A stretch of 64,000 nt of DNA from Clostridia bacterium (GCA_050951325.1 JBMNIW010000003.1:96001-160000), one strand, 5' to 3'; shown: positions 48,871 through 58,777, counted from the first letter of the stretch. Notes: a model not told the origin generated them from the sequence alone. Program-made: numbers and translations.

Positions 48871-51064
48871 ATTCTGTCTCATTAAGCAAAGACATCTGCT
48901 GTATCTCCCTATCGTGAGCTTTTATAAAAGGTCCTGCTGCGGGAATGTTTTTCACTCTGTATACTTTCGGATCCTTGAAGGACGTCTCGGAAACCTTCTT
49001 CATGCTCTGCAGAACACAGCCTTTCCTAAGCCTCATTACCTGAACACCCTGGGAGCTTCTTGTTGTTTTTAGCGGAATCATGCTTGAGTTTATAACCAGT
49101 GCCCTGTCATTAGAACTTACAAGAGCTATATCCAGATCCTCATGGGTGAATATGACATCCACCAAAGGAGCACTGGAACCGTAGGCGTTGAGAAGCTTTC
49201 TTCTGTTTGTTTTTGTCTCGTAGCTGTTTAGAGGTATTTTTGATACCTTTCCATTCTCATACGCAAACAGAATAAAACCTGCATAGTTGTCGGTTACTAT
49301 CATATAATGGATTTTCTCATCATCATCCATTTCAAGAATATTTGGCAGATACTCTCCGAGACTGCTGGCCTTGCAATCCGGCAACTCATGCAGCTTGCAC
49401 TTGTACACCACCTGCTTGTTTGATACAAATATTATGTCCGATTTGTTGTGCCACTCCATCTCCTGGACAATGAAGTCTTCATCCTTCAACTTCTGATCAG
49501 ATGCGGAACGCAAAGATACAAGCGGTATCTTCTTGAAGTAGCTGTCGTTAGTGAGGAAAACCTTCAAGTTGTAATCGTCAATCATTTCCTCTTCTTCTAC
49601 AACCACAACTTCGTCCTCATGCATTAAATCGGTTCTTCTGGGTTTACCATGTTTCTTGGCAACTTCCTGGAGCTTTGTTTTAATAAGCTCCTTAATCTTC
49701 TTATCGCTTCCTAGTGTATCCTTTAAATCATTTATGTCATTTATAAGGTTCTCAATCTCGCTGACCTTGTCTAGGATATATTCCTTATTCAGATTTCTGA
49801 GTTTTATCTCGGCTATAAAATTTGCCTGAATCTCGTCAATACCGAACCCCCACATAAGGTTAGGTATAACCAGGGCGTCGGTCTCTGTCTCCCTTATAAT
49901 CTTTATAGCCTTGTCAATGTCAAGCAGTATCTTTTCGAGACCTCTTAACAAATGAAGCCTGTTTTCCTTTGTTTTAATTTCATTAGCAAGCTTCCTTTTC
50001 ATGCAGACAATTCTGAATTCAATCCACTCAAGCAGCAGCTGGCGGACTCCCAACAGCTGTGGCTTGCCTTTAATAAGTACGTTGAAGTTGCATGAAAACG
50101 TATCCTGTAGTGGCGTCATCATGTACAGCTTGTTCATTAAATCGTCAGGGTTTGTGTTTCTCTTTATGTCAATGGTAAGCTTCAAACCCTTCAAATCCGT
50201 TTCGTCACGTATGTCAACAACTTCTTTGATCTTGTTGGTCTTGACCAAATCGGATACTGAATCTATTATGGCTTCCACTGTTGTGGTGTATGGAATCTCA
50301 TACACGTCTATGCAGTTGTTCTTCTTGTCATACTTGTACTTGCTTCTGACTTTTATGGGGCCCTTGCCTGTCTCAATAATTCTATTCATATCCCTCTTGT
50401 TATATATCACAATGCCACCAGTTGAGAAATCAGGAGCCTTTATTATCTTCAACAAATTCTCCTCAGGATTGTCAATCAGGGCGCTTGTTGCCTCGCATAT
50501 TTCAACCAGGTTGAAGCTGCATATGTTTGTAGCCATTCCAACCGCAAGTCCCTGGTTTGAGTTGACAAGAATGGTGGGAAAAGTGACGGGAAACAGTGTG
50601 GGCTCCTTCATGGTGCCGTCGTAGTTGTCCACAAAGTCCACCGTATCCTTGTCCAATTCGCCAAACAACTCGGTACATAACTTGTCAAGCTTTACTTCCG
50701 TATACCTTGCTGCGGCAAAAGCCATGTCCCTTGAATAAACTTTGCCAAAGGATCCCTTTGAATCAACGTAAGGATGCAAGAGAGCCTCATTGCCTTTTGT
50801 CATCCTTACAAGAGTTTCATAAATAGCCATGTCGCCATGAGGGTTCAGTTTCATTGTCTCACCAACAACGTTGGCCGACTTTGTCCTAGGACCGTTAAGT
50901 AGTCCCATCTTGTACATTGTATACAAAAGCTTCCTGTGAGAAGGCTTAAATCCATCTATTTCAGGAATTGCCCTTGAGACAATGACGCTCATGGCATAGG
51001 GCATGTAATTTGATTCCAATGTTTCTGATATCTTTTGTTCAATATATAACTTATTATCTGCCAT
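48869..51064 (-). CDS. Type IIA topoisomerase subunit A (divergent, probably ParC-like)
   Basis: RAIPEIDGFKPSHRK, PHGD, AAARYTE catalytic Tyr, VGMATNI; short CTD, no GyrA-box seen. Confidence 0.9.
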   Translation of the reverse strand: MADNKLYIEQKISETLESNYMPYAMSVIVSRAIPEIDGFKPSHRKLLYTMYKMGLLNGPRTKSANVVGETMKLNPHGDMAIYETLVRMTKGNEALLHPYVDSKGSFGKVYSRDMAFAAARYTEVKLDKLCTELFGELDKDTVDFVDNYDGTMKEPTLFPVTFPTILVNSNQGLAVGMATNICSFNLVEICEATSALIDNPEENLLKIIKAPDFSTGGIVIYNKRDMNRIIETGKGPIKVRSKYKYDKKNNCIDVYEIPYTTTVEAIIDSVSDLVKTNKIKEVVDIRDETDLKGLKLTIDIKRNTNPDDLMNKLYMMTPLQDTFSCNFNVLIKGKPQLLGVRQLLLEWIEFRIVCMKRKLANEIKTKENRLHLLRGLEKILLDIDKAIKIIRETETDALVIPNLMWGFGIDEIQANFIAEIKLRNLNKEYILDKVSEIENLINDINDLKDTLGSDKKIKELIKTKLQEVAKKHGKPRRTDLMHEDEVVVVEEEEMIDDYNLKVFLTNDSYFKKIPLVSLRSASDQKLKDEDFIVQEMEWHNKSDIIFVSNKQVVYKCKLHELPDCKASSLGEYLPNILEMDDDEKIHYMIVTDNYAGFILFAYENGKVSKIPLNSYETKTNRRKLLNAYGSSAPLVDVIFTHEDLDIALVSSNDRALVINSSMIPLKTTRSSQGVQVMRLRKGCVLQSMKKVSETSFKDPKVYRVKNIPAAGPFIKAHDREIQQMSLLNETE

Positions 51065-51076
51065 TTAAACCTTCCT

Positions 51077-53044
51077 CTACATTAAATCCAGATGATCCAT
51101 AAACAGATGTCCATTCTCCTCGATATGCCTCTTTCTTTCATCCAAATTGTCACCAAGAAGCATGTCAAAGTAGTAGTTTGTCCTCTCGACATCCTCCATT
51201 ACCACTTTAATGAGCCTTCGGGTCTCAGGATTCATTGTGGTCTGCCACATCATTTCGGGTTCATTCTCACCCAGTCCCTTAGAACGCTGTATTGTGTACT
51301 TTCCATCCAGTTTTGAAATTATCTCGTTCTTTTCTCGCTCATTGTATGCAAAATACGTCTTGTTTTTGCAATTTATCTCAAATAGCGGCGACTCTGCTAT
51401 GAACACCTTTCCTTCTTTTATGAGAGTGGGCATAAGCCTGTAAATCATGGCCAGGACCAGTGTTCTTATCTGATAGCCATCCACGTCCGCATCGGTACAT
51501 ATGATTATCTTGCTCCATCTTAAAGCATCCAAATCAAAGGTGGACAAATCCTTGTTAAACTTTGATTTTACCTCGACGCCACATCCAAGAACCTTTATCA
51601 GATCCACAATGACGTCACTCTTGAATATTCTTCCGTAATCCGCCTTTAAACAGTTAAGGATCTTACCTCTTATGGGCATTATTGCCTGAAATTCCGAATC
51701 CCTTCCCAGTTTTACACTACCGAGAGCAGAATCACCCTCAACTATATATAACTCCCTTTTATCTATGTCTCTCGTCCTGCAGTCAACAAACTTTTTGACC
51801 CTGTTGGTTATGTCAATATTTCCTGAAAGTTTCTTCCTAATGTTAATCCTTTGCTTTTCAGCCATTTCACGGCTTCTCTTGTTAACCAAAACCTGTTCAA
51901 TAATTTTATCTGCTTCGGCCTTGTTTTCAATGAAATATATTTCAAGATTTTGTTTGATAAATTCAGTCATTGCTTCCTGAATAAATTTGTTGTTAATAGC
52001 TTTTTTGGTTTGGTTCTCGTAACTAGTCATTGTTGAAAAGGAGTTGGTTACAATAATCAAACTGTCCTGAATATCCGCAAAGGTTACTTTTGATTCATCC
52101 TTTTGATATTTTCCTTCACTTTTGATGTACTTGTCTATCTCACTAACAAAGGCATTCCTGACAGCCTTCTCCGGCGAACCGCCATTTTCAAGATAGCTGG
52201 AGTTGTGGTAGTATTCAATCAAGTTCACATGGTTGTTGAAACAGAAGGCAATCTGCATTTTAACCTTGTACTCGGGCTTGTCTGCCCTGTCCCTTCCTGC
52301 TGTTTGATGCTCGTAATATTGAATGGAAGTGAATTCCTTGCCCTGAGTGATTTCCTCCACATATGTGACTATTCCTTTGGGATATATATATTCAAAATGC
52401 TGATTTGATTCTTCATCATACAATTTGAACTTGACACCTGCGTTTACAACGGCCTGCTTTTTTAATACAGTCTGAAAAAACTCCAAAGGTATGTTTATAT
52501 CCGTAAAAACGTCAAGATCAGGCTTCCATTTTTGAATGGTACCTGAATGTTTGTAGTCGTATTTTTCCTTTTTCAGACCGCCTATGTTGATGCCTTTTTC
52601 AAAATGAAGCTCGTATTTGTAACCATCCTTGAAAACGGTCACATCCATGTACTCTGATGTGTATTGCGTAGCACAGGCACCAAGACCGTTAAGACCCAGA
52701 CTGAACTCGTAGTTGATGCCCTGGTTTGTTTTGTATTTTCCTCCTGCGTACAGTTCGCAATAGACCAGTTCCCAGTTGTATCTCTTTTCCTTCTCGTTGT
52801 AATCGACGGGACATCCGCGTCCGTAGTCGCGCACTTCAATTGAGCGATCCTTAAAACGAGTAACTTCGATGACATCTCCGAAGCCTTCACGGGCTTCATC
52901 GATTGAGTTGGCCAAAATTTCTATAAAGGTGTGCTGGCAACCCTCAAGTCCGTCGGACCCGAGGATTGCTGCTGGACGGAGTCTTACTCTGTCCGCTCCC
53001 TTTAGAGAAGAGATGCTGTCATTACCGTATTCTTTTTGCGCCAT
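51077..53044 (-). CDS. Type IIA topoisomerase subunit B (divergent, probably ParE-like)
   Basis: VRLRP, EILANSIDE, GRGCP, AGGKY, VEGDSA, PIRGKILN, TDADVDG, KGLGE. Confidence 0.9.
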   Translation of the reverse strand: MAQKEYGNDSISSLKGADRVRLRPAAILGSDGLEGCQHTFIEILANSIDEAREGFGDVIEVTRFKDRSIEVRDYGRGCPVDYNEKEKRYNWELVYCELYAGGKYKTNQGINYEFSLGLNGLGACATQYTSEYMDVTVFKDGYKYELHFEKGINIGGLKKEKYDYKHSGTIQKWKPDLDVFTDINIPLEFFQTVLKKQAVVNAGVKFKLYDEESNQHFEYIYPKGIVTYVEEITQGKEFTSIQYYEHQTAGRDRADKPEYKVKMQIAFCFNNHVNLIEYYHNSSYLENGGSPEKAVRNAFVSEIDKYIKSEGKYQKDESKVTFADIQDSLIIVTNSFSTMTSYENQTKKAINNKFIQEAMTEFIKQNLEIYFIENKAEADKIIEQVLVNKRSREMAEKQRINIRKKLSGNIDITNRVKKFVDCRTRDIDKRELYIVEGDSALGSVKLGRDSEFQAIMPIRGKILNCLKADYGRIFKSDVIVDLIKVLGCGVEVKSKFNKDLSTFDLDALRWSKIIICTDADVDGYQIRTLVLAMIYRLMPTLIKEGKVFIAESPLFEINCKNKTYFAYNEREKNEIISKLDGKYTIQRSKGLGENEPEMMWQTTMNPETRRLIKVVMEDVERTNYYFDMLLGDNLDERKRHIEENGHLFMDHLDLM

Positions 53045-53080
53045 TAATACTCATACACCCTTTCTCTTTTCTTTTGTATA

Positions 53081-55051
53081 TTAATTCAACATGTTCTGTC
53101 CACCAGTAACAGGTATTGCCTGTCCTGTTTCATATTTCTGTTCTACAACATAGAATATTGCTGTGGCAACGTCTATAATTTCACACCCTCTTTTCATCGG
53201 AACAAGATTTTCATAATGTCTTTTTACATCTTCAACACTCTTTGCACCGGGCACCTTGCCTGCCTTGAAATACTGTACAAACAGTCCCTTTTCAGGATCA
53301 GACCACAATGGACCGGAGAGAAGATTACCCGGGCATATAGCATTAACCTTGATGTTGTAAGGTACAAGCTCCAGTGCAAAACTTTGAGTAAGTCCTACTC
53401 CGCCAAACTTGCTTCCAGCATATGCAAAGTTCTTGTTGCTTCCGGTAAGACCTGACTTGGAGTTGATTTGAATTATATCCATGTAGTAATTCTCGTCAAA
53501 CCTGTTCTGAATCTTCATTATCCTCGATGCATATTTAGTACACAGATAATATGCGGTGTAGTTTATCTTAGTTACAAACTCAAACTTGTCAACAGTCATT
53601 TCTTCAAGACCGCCGGCAATTGCAACACCTGCATTACTTACAAATATATCAAGGCCACCGTACTCAAGAACAGTATCGTAAACCATGTCTCTTACATTGT
53701 CCTCATTACTTACGTCAACCTTTGCTGCGATGGTTGCCTTGCCGCCATACTTTTTGTTCATCTCATCGCTGTTCTCCTTTGCAAGAGGATAGTTAAGATC
53801 TGCAATTACGACATTTGCTCCTGCTTTGAGCATCTCTTCTGAAATACCCTGCCCAAATCCCTGAGCACTGCCTGTAACGATGGAGATTTTTCCATTCAAT
53901 CGCTTAGCATTTCCTGAGCCAAGGCTGACCTTTGAGCGATAAGCTTCCACTTCCCAATTGCAAATAAAATCAATCATGGCATCGGACATGAACAAGGGTC
54001 CGCCAAAGGCTTTTGAATAAACGCCTATTTTTATGGTGTCAAGGAACACATCAGCACAAATGTCGGCATTCTTCTTGCTTGTTCCCCATGCAAAGTATCC
54101 AAGACCCTGTATGCAAACAATCTTTGGATAGAATCCATGTTTTCCAGCGTATTCTTTAACACCCTTTTCTATCAGATCATACTGCTGTTCCATATCGTCC
54201 GCCTTCTTTACATAAAGTGGCCAGGGTCTGCAGTATACGATATGATCCGGTGAATATGCGGAGGATACGGGATAAAAACTTTCCTCATTCTCCATAAACT
54301 TTAAAATCTCATTGTTTGTTCTGAAAGTAACAAAGGATGTTCCACCATCTCTCAGAAGCATTCTGATAGCTGGTGCAATCAAAGCTGCTTTTTCCTTGTC
54401 AAAATTAGCTTCAGTTAAATCAGGATATTCTTTTATCCTGTCTTTTAATGCATCGAATATGAATTTGGTCTTTTCATCTATTTCTTCTTCAGAGTCTCCT
54501 GCAATAAATACTCCGTGATTCTGCAGAATAATAATGTCAGCATCCTTGTTTGTCTTTTCAGTATACTCCTTCATTGCCTTGTTAAGACAGGTTGCCAGAA
54601 CGTAACCAGGTTCAACCAGATCTATCCAGATTATTCTGTCTCCAAACAATTCATCCGCAATCTTTCTGCCGTCTTTTCCGCAAGTAAGACCATTCAACAT
54701 GGCTGGATGAGTGTGTACTACGAATTTGTATTGGAAAAGATTGTGCAGTAGAGTCTCAACACTGGGACGCTTGTGAAGTTCTGTCTTCTCTCTTGCGTCC
54801 ATCATGTCCTCAAGCACCTGTGCTTCCCTTTCCGTAGCATCCTCTGAATATGTTTTGTTGAACATGGCATTCAATTTGGCTCTGTTCATTTTCACAAAAC
54901 CTTCAGCAGTAATTGTGGCAAGCGTGGTTCCAGAGCCTTTGATATATAGAAATTCTGAATCTTTGTATGACGTGTTTCCGCCGCCTGCAAGAACAAAATC
55001 CGGATCTTGTCCGTATTTGTGTGAAATTCTGATAAGATCATTTAATGACAT
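53081..55051 (-). CDS. Class II aldolase-like domain fused to a sorbitol-6-phosphate-dehydrogenase-like SDR
   Basis: N-term GGGNTS, KGSG, PSVETLLH, VHTHP, LQNHG, PDH, WEVEAYR; C-term TGSAQGFG, SNAG, IQINSKSG, YAGSK. Confidence 0.85.
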   Translation of the reverse strand: MSLNDLIRISHKYGQDPDFVLAGGGNTSYKDSEFLYIKGSGTTLATITAEGFVKMNRAKLNAMFNKTYSEDATEREAQVLEDMMDAREKTELHKRPSVETLLHNLFQYKFVVHTHPAMLNGLTCGKDGRKIADELFGDRIIWIDLVEPGYVLATCLNKAMKEYTEKTNKDADIIILQNHGVFIAGDSEEEIDEKTKFIFDALKDRIKEYPDLTEANFDKEKAALIAPAIRMLLRDGGTSFVTFRTNNEILKFMENEESFYPVSSAYSPDHIVYCRPWPLYVKKADDMEQQYDLIEKGVKEYAGKHGFYPKIVCIQGLGYFAWGTSKKNADICADVFLDTIKIGVYSKAFGGPLFMSDAMIDFICNWEVEAYRSKVSLGSGNAKRLNGKISIVTGSAQGFGQGISEEMLKAGANVVIADLNYPLAKENSDEMNKKYGGKATIAAKVDVSNEDNVRDMVYDTVLEYGGLDIFVSNAGVAIAGGLEEMTVDKFEFVTKINYTAYYLCTKYASRIMKIQNRFDENYYMDIIQINSKSGLTGSNKNFAYAGSKFGGVGLTQSFALELVPYNIKVNAICPGNLLSGPLWSDPEKGLFVQYFKAGKVPGAKSVEDVKRHYENLVPMKRGCEIIDVATAIFYVVEQKYETGQAIPVTGGQNMLN

Positions 55052-55105
55052 GGATTTTCCTCCCAAACTTTTATACTAACTAGGTGTTTAACGCACGCCT
55101 AATTG

Positions 55106-55160
55106 CGACATACTTGTATGTCGTTTAAGTCATTTTATATCACCCACAATACATTGTCAA
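55106..55160 (-). promoter_or_regulatory. sigmaA promoter with a downstream palindromic operator
   Basis: TTGACA(55160-55)-17-TAAAAT(55137-32); CGACATAC-N2-GTATGTCG at 55106-55123. Confidence 0.7.
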
Positions 55161-55162
55161 GT

Positions 55163-56308
55163 TTAGCTTCTTTTTCTGGTAATTTCCACAAGACCTAGTT
55201 TTGTAATATCTATGACACTGGGCTGCTCAAAGTCGTTTTTTGCAAGATTCCTCATGTATTCCAGCAAAAGCTCACCATTTTCATCCTTTTGCATGTCAAT
55301 AAAGTCGCAGACAATTATGCCTCCAATGTTTCGAAGCCTCAGCTGCCTCATAACTTCCCCTGCAGCCTCCATGTTTATAGCAAAAATGGCGTCTTCCTTT
55401 CCTTTTTTGGCATTGCCTTTAAACTTGCCGCTGTTTACATCAATAACAGTCATGGCTTCAGTAGGCTCTATTAGAATGTATGCGCCGCTTTCAAGCCATA
55501 CCTTTCTTCCAAGCAGTTGTACCAGCCTGCTTGAAATATTCAGGATATCGAAAATATCAAAACCGTTGTTGCCAACTCCCAGAGTCCTGACATTAAGCTT
55601 GGAGTAACGTTTTAAAAGAGAGTAAGTAAGTTTCGGGTCATCAGTATATATATTCTTGTATGTGCTTATTGGATATCGCCTTATCATCTCTGTGGCAAGA
55701 TCATCGCTTTCCCTAAGCAGGCGAGGATTTCCACCTGACTCATTAAGCGCCTTCAATAATGATTTGTACTCCCTAATCAAGGCGTTTGCCTCATTTTCAA
55801 TATCTTCATCGCTTGCATTGCTTGAATCCGTTCTCATAATGAGACGAATGCCAAGATCCTCCTCATCCTCAAGAATTCGCATTCCGAGATGCTTAAGAGA
55901 ATGCTTTATCTTCTCGTCTGCAATTTTGTTGGATACCCTGACATCATTCCGCAAATTTCTTCTTCCAGCCATTAGAACAACATATATGCCGGAAAGGGAA
56001 ATGTTCGTAGATACTGCAACGCCCTTGTCATAGTGTTTTGCACTGACAACCTGCACCATTACCATTGAACCCATATTAACTTTCCCTTCCTTAAGAAATA
56101 CGGATTCCTCAAGACCGATATCACAAAATGCTGTTCCAATCCCTTCAACGCAATCGGTCACTTTCGCAGCATAGATGTTGCCGACAAGATTTCTCTCTTC
56201 CTTTCTGTACTCGCATATCTCGCCGTTTTCAAGCAAAACCGTCTCAATTACATTATCCTTTGTCTTCGTTTTTAAAACCAGTTCCCTTTCCACTTTCAAG
56301 CAATTCAC
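55163..56308 (-). CDS. rng: Ribonuclease E/G family, short form
   Basis: VGNIY..KV S1 domain, IMRT, TEAMTVIDVNSG, LRLRNIGGIIVCDFIDM, GLVEITRKR. Confidence 0.88.
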   Translation of the reverse strand: MNCLKVERELVLKTKTKDNVIETVLLENGEICEYRKEERNLVGNIYAAKVTDCVEGIGTAFCDIGLEESVFLKEGKVNMGSMVMVQVVSAKHYDKGVAVSTNISLSGIYVVLMAGRRNLRNDVRVSNKIADEKIKHSLKHLGMRILEDEEDLGIRLIMRTDSSNASDEDIENEANALIREYKSLLKALNESGGNPRLLRESDDLATEMIRRYPISTYKNIYTDDPKLTYSLLKRYSKLNVRTLGVGNNGFDIFDILNISSRLVQLLGRKVWLESGAYILIEPTEAMTVIDVNSGKFKGNAKKGKEDAIFAINMEAAGEVMRQLRLRNIGGIIVCDFIDMQKDENGELLLEYMRNLAKNDFEQPSVIDITKLGLVEITRKRS

Positions 56309-56313
56309 TCACT

Positions 56314-56940
56314 TCAAAATAGTTTTGTTCTGTGTATACCCGTAATTTTAACCTCCACGCCCACTTGCCCGCAAAGCGCCTTTATGGCAACTTCAGGCCT
56401 CAAGTTACTTGTATTGCCCGCATCCGTAACAATACTAAAGGCGGCGTCTTTAAACGTAAGATTGTGTACCATGGGACGTATGTCCATTTCCCTTTCCTTG
56501 TTCTTCGACTTCTTAACAATTACAAGCGGAGAATTTTCCTCATACACGTCAATTACTTTCCTTGCATCCTCTTCCGGCATATCAACCTTCACCACATATT
56601 CCGACCTTGAAACCACATTCATAATGTTGTCCGCATCCTCTGAAAGAACCTTTCCTGCCAGAACACGAAGGCCTTTTGGCATAACACTGTTCAAATCCGA
56701 AACAACTTTATCGGGATCCATGTCCTTGTCAAAATATATGTCTACAAACTCGCACTCGCTTGTAACACCTACAGGTAGCGGGTTGCCAAATACAAAACGG
56801 GGCCTTGGATTAAAACCTTCAGTGTATGCAACGGGCAGACCACACCTTCTTGATGCCCTTTCAAACAGTTTCAGCGTATCAAGATGAGATATGTACTTAA
56901 TCTCATCTCCTTTTGCATACCTTAGTCTAACTTTTATCAA
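56314..56940 (-). CDS. Radical SAM-linked protein (TIGR03936/DUF2344-like)
   Basis: YISHLD, YTEGFNPRP, LPVGVTS, DIRP, LRPE; start reset to TTG 56940. Confidence 0.85.
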   Translation of the reverse strand: MIKVRLRYAKGDEIKYISHLDTLKLFERASRRCGLPVAYTEGFNPRPRFVFGNPLPVGVTSECEFVDIYFDKDMDPDKVVSDLNSVMPKGLRVLAGKVLSEDADNIMNVVSRSEYVVKVDMPEEDARKVIDVYEENSPLVIVKKSKNKEREMDIRPMVHNLTFKDAAFSIVTDAGNTSNLRPEVAIKALCGQVGVEVKITGIHRTKLF

Positions 56941-58777
56941 CGCAAATACCCCCTTCATACAAAGCAGCGCCACATCCGGTGCATTTTTCCATGCAGTTGG
57001 GTGTGGTTTCTCCCTTTTTTGCCTTCTCAAGTTCTTTTTTCAAGAACTTTTTGGTGACACCAACAGATACATGGTCCCAGGGAAGAACTTCATCAATGTC
57101 TCTTTCTCTTTCCGTGTAAAACTCGATATCAAGACCTTCTTCCTTGAATGCGCAAATCCATCTATCATAGTTCATATACTCTTCCCAGGCGTCAAACCTG
57201 CCACCTTGTCTCCATACATTGTAAATAACTCTTCCAACACGTCTGTCCCCTCTAGAAAGAGCGGCCTCAATAATTGACGTCTCCGGGTCATGCCAGCTAA
57301 ACTTTATCTTCCTGTTCAAAGCCTTTTTCAACAGGTTCTGTCTCCTAATTATCTCCTCCTTGCTTATCTGACCGCACCACTGAAACGGCGTAAAAGGCTT
57401 TGGAACAAAAGTAGACACACTTACAGTAATCTCAGGTTTCCTTGCTCTTTTGCCCTCATGCACTTTCTTGTATATCTCCAGTATCTTGTGAGCAAGATCG
57501 GCAATGCCCAGAATGTCCTCATCTGTCTCCGTCGGCAGGCCCAGCATGAAATACAGCTTGATATTATTCCAACCACCTCTAAAGGCAATCTCGGAAGATT
57601 TTAAAATGTCTTCTTCAGTTATTCCCTTGTTTATAACATCCCTCAGTCTTTGTGTACCAGCCTCGGGAGCAAAGGTAAGACCGCTTTTTCTGACCCTTGA
57701 AACCTTCTCCATAAGTCCCAATGAAAAAGAGTCGACCCTCAAACTTGGGACACCCAGATTGACTTTCTTGTCTTCTATATTGGCAAGTAGTTCGTCGCAC
57801 AAAAGCCCAAGATTGGAATAGTCACTGGTACTAAGACTAAGCAAGGAGACTTCTTCATAACCTGTACTCTCTACAAGTTTGTTTGCAATTTCTGTAATTT
57901 TCTCAACACTTCTTTCCCTTACCGGCCTGTATATGAATCCGGCCTGACAGAACCTGCAGCCCCTTGTGCATCCCCTGAATATCTCTATCATTATTCTGTC
58001 ATGTACAACATTCACATATGGAACCACCAGTTTGCCAGGAAAATATGCACTTTCAAAATCCTTTACAACCCTCTTGACTACTTTTTCTTTCGCATAATCC
58101 TTGTATTCTTCCTTCACTTTATGAGCCTTGACAGTCCCATCCTCATTGTATTCAACTTCATAAAAACAAGGCACATATATGCCATCAATCCGAGCAGCCT
58201 TCTTTAGGAATTCAAACCTGTTTCCTTTTGACTTCTTCCATTCCTTGTACAAATCCATAAGATCATTCAGCATTTCCTCCCCTTCACCCAAGGAGAAAAT
58301 ATCAACAAAATCCGCAAGAACTTCTGTATTGTTAGCGCTGGGACCTCCAGCAATTACAAAAGGATCCCCTTCCTTCCTGTCTGTTGAAAATACAGGAACA
58401 CCAGCCAGATCCAGCATGTTTACAACATTCGTATAACTCATCTCATATTGCAGAGTAAAACCTATAAAATCAAAATCATTTATGGGTTCCTGGGATTCCA
58501 GCCCGAACAAGGAAAGATTGTTCTCCCTCATTTTTTCTTCAAGATCAGGCCATGGAGCCAACACCCTTTCACACCAGGTGTCTTCCCTGTCATTTAGCAA
58601 ATGATATATCAGTTTGTAACCCAAATGACTCATACCGATGTCGTACACATCGGCAAAACAAAAGGCAAAGCGAATGTCAACAGCATTCTTGTCCTTTACG
58701 ACACTGTTCCATTCGCCACCAGTATATCTTGCAGGTTTTTCGACTTGTGCAAGTATTTCATCCTTAATATATGTCAT
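56927..58777 (-). CDS. B12-binding radical SAM protein (TIGR03960-like)
   Basis: VEKPARYTGGE, TLQYEMSY, RGCTRGCRFC, TFAPEAG, YFMLGLP, FVPKPFTPFQW, C-terminal CMEKCTGC. Confidence 0.9.
   Translation of the reverse strand: MTYIKDEILAQVEKPARYTGGEWNSVVKDKNAVDIRFAFCFADVYDIGMSHLGYKLIYHLLNDREDTWCERVLAPWPDLEEKMRENNLSLFGLESQEPINDFDFIGFTLQYEMSYTNVVNMLDLAGVPVFSTDRKEGDPFVIAGGPSANNTEVLADFVDIFSLGEGEEMLNDLMDLYKEWKKSKGNRFEFLKKAARIDGIYVPCFYEVEYNEDGTVKAHKVKEEYKDYAKEKVVKRVVKDFESAYFPGKLVVPYVNVVHDRIMIEIFRGCTRGCRFCQAGFIYRPVRERSVEKITEIANKLVESTGYEEVSLLSLSTSDYSNLGLLCDELLANIEDKKVNLGVPSLRVDSFSLGLMEKVSRVRKSGLTFAPEAGTQRLRDVINKGITEEDILKSSEIAFRGGWNNIKLYFMLGLPTETDEDILGIADLAHKILEIYKKVHEGKRARKPEITVSVSTFVPKPFTPFQWCGQISKEEIIRRQNLLKKALNRKIKFSWHDPETSIIEAALSRGDRRVGRVIYNVWRQGGRFDAWEEYMNYDRWICAFKEEGLDIEFYTERERDIDEVLPWDHVSVGVTKKFLKKELEKAKKGETTPNCMEKCTGCGAALYEGGICVDKS

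Noticed and set aside
48869-53044. Calling the pair canonical gyrB-gyrA and inferring a nearby oriC
   Set aside because: No dnaA-dnaN-recF context, no GyrA-box, divergent motifs
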